36,757 bases of DNA from Methanobacteriota archaeon (GCA_018650165.1 JABIGM010000001.1:1-36757); one strand, 5' to 3'. Positions 17,537-28,104 are shown, numbered from the stretch's first letter. Notes: generated from the letters alone by a model not told the origin. A program made the numbers and translations.

Positions 17537-18556
17537 ATGACCGTACTAAATATCGCGATGGTTGGAAGCGATGACTTGGCCAAGTCAATCGCTAAGGCCA
17601 CAGACCAACGTGATGTTCACACCTATGTTCACAAAGAATCAGGAGCAGACGGTCCTCGTATCCTTTCGATAATTAGGCCAGCAAAACTTCCCGAAAGAAT
17701 TCGTCCATTTTTCAACGCATTATGTGCCGCTAGAGTTGGCCTGGTGGAGGTAAATGCCATCGATGCAAACTTTGGTGAAGTCTTGGTTGGTTATGCATCT
17801 GCAGGAATCAGTAAAGGAATTATTGTAATAAATCCTCCAAATGGTGAATGGATAGACGAAGAACAAGTAAAAGGTTTCTTTGCCCAAGCGGGTCTAAGTT
17901 CGTGGATGCAATGTAGCGCTGATGGAATTGAAATTCGCAATGCACTTTACGATTTAATGAATGATATTTCAGGAGAATTAGAATCTGCGAAAAGCGAATC
18001 ACTAGTTGTGCCTATCGACCAACATTTCAATGTCAAAGGAATCGGACTAGTTGCAATCGGATATGTTCAATCCGGATCTATTTCAGTTCATGATGAATTG
18101 TTACTTCAGCCGGCAGAGGGCCCTGGGACCGTCAAAAGCTTGCAGGTCATGGATGATGATGTTAACGAGGCGGTTGCAGGAGATCGAGTCGGAATTGCCT
18201 TGCGCAATACCAAGGAAGATCACCTTACTGGTGGTTCTTTAGTCATACATCCAGCAATCGAAGATAAGAATAAGGGGATTTCAATTCCTCTTTGCTTAGA
18301 TAAACATGAAAAAAGTACTCTAGAATTAGATATTTCTCCATTCCAAAAGAGAGTTCTAGTCGTTGGAGATATCGTGCATGCAAGTGTAGACCTTCAATTC
18401 GTAGTAGGTCGTGTGGAATCATTAGACTCCGGGCTTGAAATCGCTTGGGAGTCGCCATTGTATATTCGCAAAGAAAATCCCCCTGCTGTGATTATTGCAC
18501 AACTCGATTCCAAGCCTCGAATTTTAGGTAGCGCAAAACTTACTCGGCTTGCTTGA
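17537..18556 (+). CDS. Archaeal SelB/EF-Tu-like protein with degenerate G domain (aSelBL-type)
   Basis: Clear EF-Tu domain II (IDQHFNVKGIGLVAIGYVQSG...VKSLQV...AGDRVGIAL). P-loop eroded to GSDDLAKS; no DxxG or NKxD. Confidence 0.8.
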   Translation: MTVLNIAMVGSDDLAKSIAKATDQRDVHTYVHKESGADGPRILSIIRPAKLPERIRPFFNALCAARVGLVEVNAIDANFGEVLVGYASAGISKGIIVINPPNGEWIDEEQVKGFFAQAGLSSWMQCSADGIEIRNALYDLMNDISGELESAKSESLVVPIDQHFNVKGIGLVAIGYVQSGSISVHDELLLQPAEGPGTVKSLQVMDDDVNEAVAGDRVGIALRNTKEDHLTGGSLVIHPAIEDKNKGISIPLCLDKHEKSTLELDISPFQKRVLVVGDIVHASVDLQFVVGRVESLDSGLEIAWESPLYIRKENPPAVIIAQLDSKPRILGSAKLTRLA

Positions 18557-18635
18557 ACCACATCAAAGAACGGCCCCCCTTAGGGGGGCCTAAACGGTGG
18601 GTTGATAACCTCGAGTTCAAGTTCATCGGTTCGGG

Positions 18636-20159
18636 ATGCGTATGGGCACGAGGCCAGAAGGGCTCAGTGTCAAGGGAGCGGGAGTTAACTTTCGTTCTCT
18701 TTCACTGGGAGGAGTTCGTGGTAAAGTTAGGGCAACCCTTACCGAAAATCAACTCTCCTTCGAATCACGTTCTGGACATGCCCTAGACCTCAGACTAGAC
18801 GCAATACAGAGAGTCCATCATCACCACACAACGCTAATTCCAGGATGGCTTGCTGCGGTAGGTTTAATCTTAATGTGGGTTGCGTGGAGAGGTGTAAATG
18901 GGCAACTACAAGCGATTCTTGGGGCAGCGGGTATCGTTTTATCATTATCTCATTTTATGACACGACGGCCAACAGTAACTATCGATACAAAGGCTGACGA
19001 TTGCCATACCGTATTTGGTTCAGACATGGCAATGATCAGATTATGTTCATTGATTCAGAAAATCCAAACGGGAATGACGCTCGAGGAAGCTAAAGCAAGC
19101 GTTGAAGCAATGGTAAGCGATTCGGAATACCCGCGTTTTAGAAATGTGGATGAGAGTGAGATTTTTCAAGAGCCAGTCGAAATATTTCCCTCTCCTGTTA
19201 TCGGACATTTCTTGGATACAATCAATCCGATTTTATCGGACGATGAAACAGAAAATACTGAGATAATCAGCCCTGCAATCGTAATCGATGATTTAGACTT
19301 GCCAATTTGGACTGATGAAGCCGAACCGGCAATGGCCGAAGTATCACCCAATTTGATATCGAGAGCACAAACTAATCTTTTCACTCAAAGAAATCAAATT
19401 ATTCAGAATGGATGGCAAGAACCACCTGCTAGTCAACCATTCAATGAGGTGCACAGGACACAAATACGCGATTCTCCTTCGTATGAAATGTTGCAAAACC
19501 ATGGATATATGCCTACCTCTTCTCCTCCGGCAAACAATCCTCTGCCAACTCCAGTACCAACCGAGTTTCTTCCTTCGTTTGTTGGTGCGAGTGGAGCTCA
19601 TATCCCGGGGGTGAATCCAGAAGAGTTTTTGTCACCTGATGCGCCACTTCAACAATCGGAAGTAGAGGAAGTACAATCACTTGTGGCTTCGGCCAGAAAA
19701 GATGAACCGCTAGAAGCAATTATCGTTCCAGAAGTTGCAGAGATCCCTGCTAATCGTTACCCTAATTTGAGTAAATTATATGCTAATTCTCCACCAAAAC
19801 GAATAACTAAGCAGAATAGTAGTACAGTAAGATTACGAAGTAGATCAGTCCTTGCCGAATTAGTAAAGCCTTCAATTGGTGTTGCAGGTTCAGTTACTAG
19901 GCGGCTTTTCAAACGTAAAACCCGTACATCGGATGCATTACGACTACAGGCAGAGAATACACGTCAAGCCATAGTTGCAGACTCTATCCAAAGCCTTGCA
20001 AAAAGCAATGGCGGAGATGTTAGCGATGAAGAGGTGAGTAATATGATGTCACACTTGCCTACGCCGACTGTAATACCCTCTAGTTTTGGAGATTTAGTCA
20101 GTTCGGGTTCAAAGATAAACGATAGTAAAGTTACAGCCTTACAAAGTTTAGAAGAATGA
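18636..20159 (+). CDS. Hypothetical membrane protein: N-terminal beta-rich segment, 2 TM helices, long Pro/Glu/Ser-rich tail
   Basis: TM-like GWLAAVGLILMWVAW and AILGAAGIVLSLSHF, then a low-complexity tail. Start could be 18642. Confidence 0.75.
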   Translation: MRMGTRPEGLSVKGAGVNFRSLSLGGVRGKVRATLTENQLSFESRSGHALDLRLDAIQRVHHHHTTLIPGWLAAVGLILMWVAWRGVNGQLQAILGAAGIVLSLSHFMTRRPTVTIDTKADDCHTVFGSDMAMIRLCSLIQKIQTGMTLEEAKASVEAMVSDSEYPRFRNVDESEIFQEPVEIFPSPVIGHFLDTINPILSDDETENTEIISPAIVIDDLDLPIWTDEAEPAMAEVSPNLISRAQTNLFTQRNQIIQNGWQEPPASQPFNEVHRTQIRDSPSYEMLQNHGYMPTSSPPANNPLPTPVPTEFLPSFVGASGAHIPGVNPEEFLSPDAPLQQSEVEEVQSLVASARKDEPLEAIIVPEVAEIPANRYPNLSKLYANSPPKRITKQNSSTVRLRSRSVLAELVKPSIGVAGSVTRRLFKRKTRTSDALRLQAENTRQAIVADSIQSLAKSNGGDVSDEEVSNMMSHLPTPTVIPSSFGDLVSSGSKINDSKVTALQSLEE

Positions 20160-20624
20160 TTAATCCTTCTTCTTTTGAGAAATCATGTGCTGCTTAATCG
20201 CCTTAGCATCATCCCAATCACTAATTTCTTCTTCAGTAACAGGCGTGAATTGAGGAATTGGAATCGGTCTCATGTTTGAATCGATTGCTACCATGAAGAA
20301 ATAGCCTTCACAGATTTCAGTCTTAGTCCAGTCGGATTTGCTCATGGCCCATGCGGTGACTTTTGAACAAGCAGTACGGTTTGACGTATAGACAATTTTT
20401 GCAGTTACTTCAATTAAATCTCCCTGGCGCGCAGGTGCCTTAAATTCGAGAGTGTCGATAGATATTGTTACAAATTCGCGGTGAGCGAATTTGGCGCAAA
20501 CGATGCCAGCAGCTTTGTCCATTACTGATAATAGTCGGCCGCCAAAAAGGGTATTGTAAGCATTTGTATCCTGGGGAAACACTTCTTCGATGAGTGTAAC
20601 AGGTTCAGTACTGAATGGTTCCAT
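20160..20624 (-). CDS. Acyl-CoA thioesterase (HotDog fold, YciA-like)
   Basis: VFPQDTNAYNTLFGGRLLSVMDKAAG, VTISIDTLEFKAP, FFMVAID. Confidence 0.93.
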   Translation of the reverse strand: MEPFSTEPVTLIEEVFPQDTNAYNTLFGGRLLSVMDKAAGIVCAKFAHREFVTISIDTLEFKAPARQGDLIEVTAKIVYTSNRTACSKVTAWAMSKSDWTKTEICEGYFFMVAIDSNMRPIPIPQFTPVTEEEISDWDDAKAIKQHMISQKKKD

Positions 20625-20717
20625 TGTGCCGAGGGGTCGGTTCCTCCTCCTTCAATCCATGTACGAATTACCCATACAATGTGATATTTGATGAAGGATA
20701 GGCTCTGCCACAGTATC

Positions 20718-21383
20718 ATGACGGGCACTTGTGTTGCACTTGTAAGTGGAGGAATAGACTCTCCCGTTGCTGTTGCAAGAATGCTCGTTAAGGGCTGGAA
20801 AGTATTTCCTCTTCATGCATCCCAAGAGCCGGTAACTGGACCCGCTGCAGAGCAAAAAACAATTGCTTTACTTCAGCATCTACTCCAATTAGACGGTCCG
20901 GTTGGTGATGCTGCAAGAAAGAATCTTTCTCCTGAATTAATTGTAGTTCCAGTTGCAGAAAAACTTGCACTTTTTACTGAACAATGGAATCATACTGAGT
21001 ACTTCATCCATATGAAGAGATTATTCAATGCTATAGCAACAATTCACGGTGAAGAAATCGATGCAACCCATGTCTTAACAGGCGAAAATTTAGGACAGGT
21101 CTCAAGTCAAACTCTTGGGAATTTAGGTGGAGTTGAAATTGCAACTCCACTTCTGCCATTACGCCCACTCCTAGCATTTGATAAAGTCACAATAATGACA
21201 ATGGCAAGGCGACTGGGCACTCTTGGTATCAGTGAAGGACCAGAAGTGTGTGATGCTCTTGGCCCTAGTAAACCTACTACAGTAGCCAATAAAGAATGGC
21301 TTGAACGTTCTGAAGATAGAGCAGGTGGCTTGCAGCAACTTGCTTCTAGTTGTTTTTCAGAGTACCGTAAAGTTTCATTGTGA
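20718..21383 (+). CDS. ThiI-like PP-loop ATP pyrophosphatase, catalytic domain only (no THUMP)
   Basis: VALVSGGIDSPVA, TGENLGQVSSQTLGNL, LRPLLAFDK, IMTMARRLGT. Only about 221 aa. The ORF is open to 20688. Confidence 0.82.
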   Translation: MTGTCVALVSGGIDSPVAVARMLVKGWKVFPLHASQEPVTGPAAEQKTIALLQHLLQLDGPVGDAARKNLSPELIVVPVAEKLALFTEQWNHTEYFIHMKRLFNAIATIHGEEIDATHVLTGENLGQVSSQTLGNLGGVEIATPLLPLRPLLAFDKVTIMTMARRLGTLGISEGPEVCDALGPSKPTTVANKEWLERSEDRAGGLQQLASSCFSEYRKVSL

Positions 21384-21483
21384 ACTTCTCCGAGTCCCCC
21401 CTTTAGGGGGGAATCCATAGTGTACACTCCCCCGTCGGTCTTTTATGCCCGCCGTGAGTGGAGGAGAGGAGAGGGCGCCACCC

Positions 21484-24400
21484 ATGAATGACAATAATAA
21501 TGCAATCACCGCTTTGGTTTTTACTTGTTTGATGCTAATTTCGCCTTTGGCGGGAGCCGCTTCAGTGACTACTTTCGGCAGTGGTGACTCTGAAATCACA
21601 GTGGAAGTTCGAGATAGCCCTGAATACACCAATAGCGAGGACGGAACCGTTACATTGCCCTCCGGTGCAACAGTAACCGGAGCTTCAGTAAAGATCTCAA
21701 CAGATATGGCGACCCATGAAACATTTACAACTATCAATTCAGAAACTGCTCAGTATGTCTGGGATCCAGTTTACAATAACCAGCAAACAGAATACTCAAC
21801 ACTTAGTGATTTCACATATCATGAAGATACAGTCAAACTAGTCAGTGGTGGGCTCTCTACTGATTTTGAACGTAGTTCTTCTGGTTTCTGGGACCATACA
21901 CAACCGCCAGTTTACGATGGAACTGGATGGCAGCATGGCACTCTAGCAGATTCTACAGTACTCAATGATAATTGTAACACAGGTAATGATTGCTGGGGGA
22001 CAAATTTGTTTGACAACGATAATGATTACACTAATGACGACCAAGGATCTTCGTTTTCTTACAATTTAATTACACCGGAAATGGAAGTAGACCCAAGTTC
22101 CCATATTGCTCGTTTTTCTAGTTGGCATGGCCTTCATTGGTCTCAAACAAACCCAGGTACTAATCCAACCAATACCTATTATGACTGCGCATATGTAATG
22201 GTTAGAAATTCTTCATCACCAAGTTTCCCTCCTCCTGATGTTGGATGGTCACATCTACCATTTGATGCAACAAACTCAACTGGAGTGAATTATGCTAACG
22301 GATTATATCCAATCGGCAGCGGTAATGGGAAAATTCAGAATTGTGATTCTCTAACAGGTACCGACTACGCTCTTGGAGGCGAATCGACTCACCCAACTAG
22401 TAACCCTAATGGCTGGGCTACTCTTGCTCTGAACCTTAACCAACACATTCACAAGTATGTCCAACTTAAGTTCGTAATGAGTTATAATTCAGGTTCTGGA
22501 ACTCCTGAGAATAGTACCATGCCGGGTTGGTTTATCGACGATTTCCGCATAGGCGACCCATTACCACAATCAGGTTCTATGTCTGTCAAAGGATTTACTC
22601 CTAAGCAATCCCCTAGCCCTGGATTTCCAGATGGATACGGAATACTTACTCTAGAGCAGGAAACCACTCCAACCAACTCACTAACAGTAACTATTCTTCG
22701 TGGAGGAACCACAGATATTGCACTAGATAGAGATGGCAATCAGATGACTGGGCTAGAAGGCCCAATTATCGAACTTTGGGGAATTGATGCAGCAGATTAT
22801 CCAGTGATTGATTTGAGATTTGATTTTGATACTGGGCAATACAAACTATCTACGGCTGTTCTTCATGGCTTGAATATTGGTACACGTATTGGTACTGGAT
22901 TAAATGATACAAACGTTGTATTCAATCCAATGATCATGGATGGTGTATGGCAATCTCCGGGAACCAACCAGCCGTTGATGTATGCACCCTCAATTTTAGA
23001 TAATTCATTCAATCCTCCGTTGTACCGTAATAAATTTTCACAACCGATAGTTGGAATTACTCCGCAGATAATTGATGACTGTGTAGAAGAACCGTCAATT
23101 ATGATTAGTCTACGTGATAACTCTATGCACAATAATTTAACGAATGGACAAAAGTGGGTTCCTTCTGAACCTATTTTTGGATTCGCTTCTATGCTATCCT
23201 ATGCCAATCCTTGTGGAATGTCAGAAATGTGGTTTGACTTGGAATTTGGTCATTCAGCTACAGGTGTCTCTTTGGATATTGCAAATGATGGTGACATCGA
23301 ATGGGCAATGAATGAACCAGCATTTGGCGGATTTGGTCGACAAACTACTTTGTGGTCAGGGTACTCAAATGGCATAAACTATGGTGTTGATGAATCCACT
23401 CTGACACTAAACTCCAATGGTGAAGCAACAGGCGGCCGTTTCATGCTACCAATCGGTGCTGATGTGAAAGCCGCAGATGTTATCTTCGCAGATAATACAG
23501 CAAACGATTTCACTCTATCTCTAAGTTCAGATGGACAAGAAGTTGCATTGGGAACTATGCCTAACCAAACAATACTAGCGCACGAAACACTCGAAACAAT
23601 GTTTGATTTCGAGAGTGCACTAATCTCTTTGCTAAACAACCCCTTAGTTAACCCATCTCACACTGATGCTTATGGAAACGATTGGGCAACATTCCAATTC
23701 AATGTCGTAAATAATAACGCTTCAAGTGGTACACAAGTAACGGTCCGTAACCTCGATGTAGTTTATGACTGGGATACAGTTCTAGACGGTTCGATTAATT
23801 TCGATAGAGAATTGAATCAAGGAATTGCATTAGGTACTGGGGCAACCGTCGATGTTCCATTATCCCTCTCTGCAAATAGTGGGGGCGCAGTTAACCTTTC
23901 AGAACTCTCAATTACAACATCCTCAGGTTATGACTCATCTCTAACATTAACTGGAAGTCCAGAAGGCCTGTATCCAAATGGAGACATTATTGAGGCTATT
24001 TCTATCCATAGTGTTGAGCAATCCACAGGAACCTCATTTGCTGAGGCTAGACTTCGCATGGAATCTTCCAGCGGAGTTGTAGAACTATCATTCTCTGAAT
24101 TGACACTATTTACAGAATCATATGACCCTTGGAATCTTATCTCTTTGGAGTCATCATCCTATAATGAAGTTGGAGATGAAATGCATATTACCTGGAGATT
24201 TAGAATAAACACTGCTTGGGAAGATACAGCAGAATTACGATTATATGCAAGTTTGATTGGTGCTGATGGCGTCAACGGACTACCAGGTGCTGTTGTTCTT
24301 GCTCCAGCCAATGGAAATGCAATAGAAAATGATGCAATGATATCAACCTTTGAGTTACAAAATGACGCAGGAGAAGTGCAAAACCTCGCTTCAGCTAGTT

Positions 24401-27300
24401 CTAATCAGAACATCAATCTGATTGGAAGTATTCGCTTAGAGGGTCTAGATGTTTCACCTGACCCTACATCATATAATCTATCTTTACAGCGTTGGGATGT
24501 CCAATCTATCAATGGCACAATTGTTTCTGAATGGGTTGAAGTCACTAATACATCTGGTGTAATTGGTGGCGACTTTGATTGGGCAGTAAATCTTGGATTA
24601 ACTGCTGCGGGACAGGCATCTTACCGATTCATGATCGATGGATATGTAGGTGGAGACACACTTTGTCCAGCAATACCAATTATTGCAGATGCAGACTGTG
24701 CGATTCCATTTAATCTATCAATCGATACTTATTCACCTACTTTAGTGAATATCTCTGTTCTTAAGGCCTCAAATTATGACCCAACTATCTGGTCTAATTG
24801 GAGAGGACTAGTTGATGACACATGGGTTCTTCCAAATGCTCAGCAAAAAGTACGTGTTCTAGCACAAGATATTCCAGCACCTCCTAGTACCCTTGAAATG
24901 TACTACTGGGTTGAATATGACCACGACACTGATTTTGATGGAATCGCAGACCCTGACGAGTACGTGACTCTCACTCTTGTTAGCGATGGTGAAGCGCCTA
25001 CTGCAAACTATACAGGCACCTTTAGCGATGATGCCAACAAAGGACAAGATCCTCCCGGCAAGGTCAGTATTTACATTGAAGGTAATGACTTAGGTGGAAA
25101 TGCAATCGAAGGCGGAGCTTATGGATTTGAAGATGATTTAGTAACCTATGTTTCAATGGATGCTAAGACCCCTAATATCAGGAATTTCTTTATCGAGAAT
25201 TCTGATGGTGAGCGCCTACATAATCCAAACGAGGGTGCACCATTCTACCAAGGACCATGGAACATGAGTATGTATGCTGGAAATGAATATCACCTAATCG
25301 TTGAAGCAACAGATGAGAATGGATGGAGGGATATCAATTACTTCGAAATCGATCTTGGACCTGAAAATATGGTTGTATACTATTCACCTCGCAATGAGAC
25401 TGCATGGGCGGATACAACGGATATCGAAATCGTTACTGCAAGTAATACTAGCGAAGGAGCTCAGGTTTTGCGAATGGATGGAGGTCGACTAATTGACCCA
25501 TTCGAGGATGAATTTTACTTAGACTTGCCAATTCGTATGAATTGGGATATCATCGGAATTGGTTCAACAACCTATGTTCCTCAATTACGAATCAAGGACA
25601 TGGATAGAGACCCTTCACTAATGAGTGAATCTGGCGGTCGTCACAAGCAGCGTTGGGTTTACAGCGATGGAATACAGTTGGATTTCAGAAATGGAATCAG
25701 TCCAACATTTAGCGACCTGTCTTACCCATATTCGCAAGATGTTACCGTGGCATTCGTTTTCCCCGGAGATACTGTTGCAATGGAAGGGCAGTACGCTTAC
25801 TTAGATGGAATTAACAACGGTGTTTATGTTCTACCCGAAGGTGAATTTACGATTGAAGTAACTCGCGTGGAAGCAATGATGGATGGTGGAAAGGGATACC
25901 TCGCCTATCCAGCAGGTGGTGCAGATGGTTCCCGTACCGATGGTCCAACCTTGCACACAATTGATGGTGGAGCATTCAATATCAACATTACAGCTCCTCC
26001 ATTGTCTAATGAATACACATACAATTTCCGTCTAATAAATCTGCCAGTTGGCGCAACAGACACTACAGCATCAATTTGTGATGGAAATAGTGCCTTTGGT
26101 TGTGCTTCATTCAAGATTAAGGTCGATGGTCAACAACCAGAGATTGAGAAGGATTCATGGAGAGCAATATCTGGAATTAACCAAGAAGTACTTGGAAACA
26201 CTATGCCTTCGTCCACTATGCACTGTGTTGATGTCCAAGCAATAGTTGAAGAAAACGCAGCATTACTTGCAGGTGAAGTAGACCTCAAGTGGTCTTTCTA
26301 CTCGGATGCTGATTCAAATCTGACATGGCCAGTATATGGGCAGAAATTTGGTGCTGAACCACAATCTCATTCACTTGGTCTTAAGATACAAGGCGGAGAT
26401 TATCTTGTTAGCGCAGACTGTGTTGATTTGTGGCCAGACCCTCAAGATCCAACCCAGGCTCAAATCACAACTATTGACTTAGTGATGTGGATTGAAGGAA
26501 GAGACTCTGCAGGATGGGCAATTGAAGGTGGAGGGCCAAACAGTGCAGGAGGAATCAGTTCAATTTGGTCTTCTAACCCAGAACACAATTCACAATACAG
26601 GTTAGTTCATGAACAGGCCAAGTTCAGTGTTATCGATGTAAGAATGACACCGAAGAGCCCAGAAGTAGGCGACGTACCAGAACTTGAGATATCTCTGCAG
26701 AACATTGGAACCAAAGATGGAAACATTACTCTAGAAATTCAATCTGTTACAGATGGTGAATTCCCTACAACTGAATTTACATGGACCACTGGAGATATCC
26801 CGCAAGGCGAATTGTCCAATATATTCGTAAAAGATTTGGAAATTTTCGCATCACCTACCAGTGGAATGTACTTCCTCGTAGTAGATGCAGATTCGAATGA
26901 AGTACTGTGGAACGGTTCGCAGAATTCTAAGTCTTTCAACGTTGCAGAAGCGAGTGATGATGAGGGGCTACTATCAGGTTCAGGAATGCTAATCGTTATT
27001 GGACTAGGTGCATTAATTCTGATTCTATTGGTCGCAGTAGTTGTTCTAGTAAAGCGCGATTCTGGCGACCCTTCATACGAGTATGAATACGAGTATGAAG
27101 ATGAAGAGAAAGCCTATGCAGAAATTCCATCTGCAGGAGGAGCCGGTCCTCCACCTTCAGCAGCACCAGCGGCAAATGTTGACCCATTGATGGCAGCAGC
27201 TCTGGCCGAATTCCCACAGTGGGATCAAGAGACGATCCAAGGTTACTTTGACCAAGGATGGGATATCGATACGCTCAGAGACTGGGTAAACAATCAGTGA
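21484..27300 (+). CDS. Giant (about 1940 aa) secreted, C-terminally membrane-anchored surface glycoprotein/adhesin-like protein
   Basis: Signal peptide AITALVFTCLMLISPLAGAA; SD GGAGGAG before ATG 21484; T/S/D/N/G-rich beta content; GWFIDDF-type beta-sandwich module; many N-x-S/T sequons; TM MLIVIGLGALILILLVAVVVLV; cytoplasmic tail. Confidence 0.9.
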   Translation: MNDNNNAITALVFTCLMLISPLAGAASVTTFGSGDSEITVEVRDSPEYTNSEDGTVTLPSGATVTGASVKISTDMATHETFTTINSETAQYVWDPVYNNQQTEYSTLSDFTYHEDTVKLVSGGLSTDFERSSSGFWDHTQPPVYDGTGWQHGTLADSTVLNDNCNTGNDCWGTNLFDNDNDYTNDDQGSSFSYNLITPEMEVDPSSHIARFSSWHGLHWSQTNPGTNPTNTYYDCAYVMVRNSSSPSFPPPDVGWSHLPFDATNSTGVNYANGLYPIGSGNGKIQNCDSLTGTDYALGGESTHPTSNPNGWATLALNLNQHIHKYVQLKFVMSYNSGSGTPENSTMPGWFIDDFRIGDPLPQSGSMSVKGFTPKQSPSPGFPDGYGILTLEQETTPTNSLTVTILRGGTTDIALDRDGNQMTGLEGPIIELWGIDAADYPVIDLRFDFDTGQYKLSTAVLHGLNIGTRIGTGLNDTNVVFNPMIMDGVWQSPGTNQPLMYAPSILDNSFNPPLYRNKFSQPIVGITPQIIDDCVEEPSIMISLRDNSMHNNLTNGQKWVPSEPIFGFASMLSYANPCGMSEMWFDLEFGHSATGVSLDIANDGDIEWAMNEPAFGGFGRQTTLWSGYSNGINYGVDESTLTLNSNGEATGGRFMLPIGADVKAADVIFADNTANDFTLSLSSDGQEVALGTMPNQTILAHETLETMFDFESALISLLNNPLVNPSHTDAYGNDWATFQFNVVNNNASSGTQVTVRNLDVVYDWDTVLDGSINFDRELNQGIALGTGATVDVPLSLSANSGGAVNLSELSITTSSGYDSSLTLTGSPEGLYPNGDIIEAISIHSVEQSTGTSFAEARLRMESSSGVVELSFSELTLFTESYDPWNLISLESSSYNEVGDEMHITWRFRINTAWEDTAELRLYASLIGADGVNGLPGAVVLAPANGNAIENDAMISTFELQNDAGEVQNLASASSNQNINLIGSIRLEGLDVSPDPTSYNLSLQRWDVQSINGTIVSEWVEVTNTSGVIGGDFDWAVNLGLTAAGQASYRFMIDGYVGGDTLCPAIPIIADADCAIPFNLSIDTYSPTLVNISVLKASNYDPTIWSNWRGLVDDTWVLPNAQQKVRVLAQDIPAPPSTLEMYYWVEYDHDTDFDGIADPDEYVTLTLVSDGEAPTANYTGTFSDDANKGQDPPGKVSIYIEGNDLGGNAIEGGAYGFEDDLVTYVSMDAKTPNIRNFFIENSDGERLHNPNEGAPFYQGPWNMSMYAGNEYHLIVEATDENGWRDINYFEIDLGPENMVVYYSPRNETAWADTTDIEIVTASNTSEGAQVLRMDGGRLIDPFEDEFYLDLPIRMNWDIIGIGSTTYVPQLRIKDMDRDPSLMSESGGRHKQRWVYSDGIQLDFRNGISPTFSDLSYPYSQDVTVAFVFPGDTVAMEGQYAYLDGINNGVYVLPEGEFTIEVTRVEAMMDGGKGYLAYPAGGADGSRTDGPTLHTIDGGAFNINITAPPLSNEYTYNFRLINLPVGATDTTASICDGNSAFGCASFKIKVDGQQPEIEKDSWRAISGINQEVLGNTMPSSTMHCVDVQAIVEENAALLAGEVDLKWSFYSDADSNLTWPVYGQKFGAEPQSHSLGLKIQGGDYLVSADCVDLWPDPQDPTQAQITTIDLVMWIEGRDSAGWAIEGGGPNSAGGISSIWSSNPEHNSQYRLVHEQAKFSVIDVRMTPKSPEVGDVPELEISLQNIGTKDGNITLEIQSVTDGEFPTTEFTWTTGDIPQGELSNIFVKDLEIFASPTSGMYFLVVDADSNEVLWNGSQNSKSFNVAEASDDEGLLSGSGMLIVIGLGALILILLVAVVVLVKRDSGDPSYEYEYEYEDEEKAYAEIPSAGGAGPPPSAAPAANVDPLMAAALAEFPQWDQETIQGYFDQGWDIDTLRDWVNNQ
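27076..27099 (+). repeat. Exact 12-bp tandem duplication (TACGAGTATGAA x2) encoding YEYEYEYE
   Basis: Seen directly in the sequence. Confidence 0.85.
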
Positions 27301-27306
27301 TTCATT

Positions 27307-28104
27307 ATGAACCTTGACTGGGATGATATCCATTGGGAAGACCCCGATGGAGGTACAATTGTACTACACGGTATATTGCCAACGGTGGTTTTGCCAAATA
27401 AAATGCGACCGCGATTCCAGTGGCATGGATTAGGTATCATGGGCACCAGCGAGGAAGAAGAAGTCTGGGTCGAAGAAGAGAAATCTGAAATTAAAGACGC
27501 TGGAATCAATCTTGATAGTGCGATTCTAAATGGCGGCCTTGACGGACTTTATCTTGAAATGTTGAGATGGATTGATGGATTACAAGTCGGTAGATTTCCC
27601 GATCCGGAGCCACGCAGATTACATAAAACCGCATTGAAGCACAGCCGTCCAATATTTTTCGCAGAACCCGATATGGATGATGATGACTGGGCTGATTTTT
27701 TAGAGAGGGAAGCGAAAGAAATGACTCGCCCTCTCAAGTTATTGAAAATTGTCTTTACATCTCGCCGTTGGCGAAAGAGCATCAAAAAGATGCGTAAGAA
27801 AGTAGTGCCGCAGCCCCCTCGGGAGCCTGATGACCTCCAAGCAGCTAGCGCTTTAGCCGCTGTATGGTGGTCATTAAATCGCGAAAATTCTGATAAGAAA
27901 CTAAACGTAGAGAAAGATGAACGCTTTGCAGCACGACTTAGAGGAGGCTTGGCGCAATTGCGAATCGAGCATGGAGCCGAAGCGGTGCTTCTAGTACCAA
28001 TCCAGCAGGCGTGGAGGGAATCAATGCTCAGCTCGTTAGAAAAGTTACCTAATCCAGAGGAGAGTTCATCACTCTCAAGCACTTCGGATGGAGAGGAGGA
28101 GTGA
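27307..28104 (+). CDS. Conserved hypothetical protein (possibly degenerate TraB/PrgY-like fold)
   Basis: Intact 265-aa ORF tightly coupled to both neighbours. Fold suggestion is weak. Confidence 0.75.
   Translation: MNLDWDDIHWEDPDGGTIVLHGILPTVVLPNKMRPRFQWHGLGIMGTSEEEEVWVEEEKSEIKDAGINLDSAILNGGLDGLYLEMLRWIDGLQVGRFPDPEPRRLHKTALKHSRPIFFAEPDMDDDDWADFLEREAKEMTRPLKLLKIVFTSRRWRKSIKKMRKKVVPQPPREPDDLQAASALAAVWWSLNRENSDKKLNVEKDERFAARLRGGLAQLRIEHGAEAVLLVPIQQAWRESMLSSLEKLPNPEESSSLSSTSDGEEE

Noticed and set aside
18553-18786. 77-aa ORF overlapping the SelB-like stop
   Set aside because: Runs through the intergenic palindrome and overlaps the better-supported 18636 ORF in another frame.
27549-28082. 177-aa minus-strand ORF, representative of many antisense ORFs (e.g. 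3269-3664, 6529-7008, 8568-9062, 33376-33762, 35461-35874)
   Set aside because: All are shadows of well-supported genes on the opposite strand.
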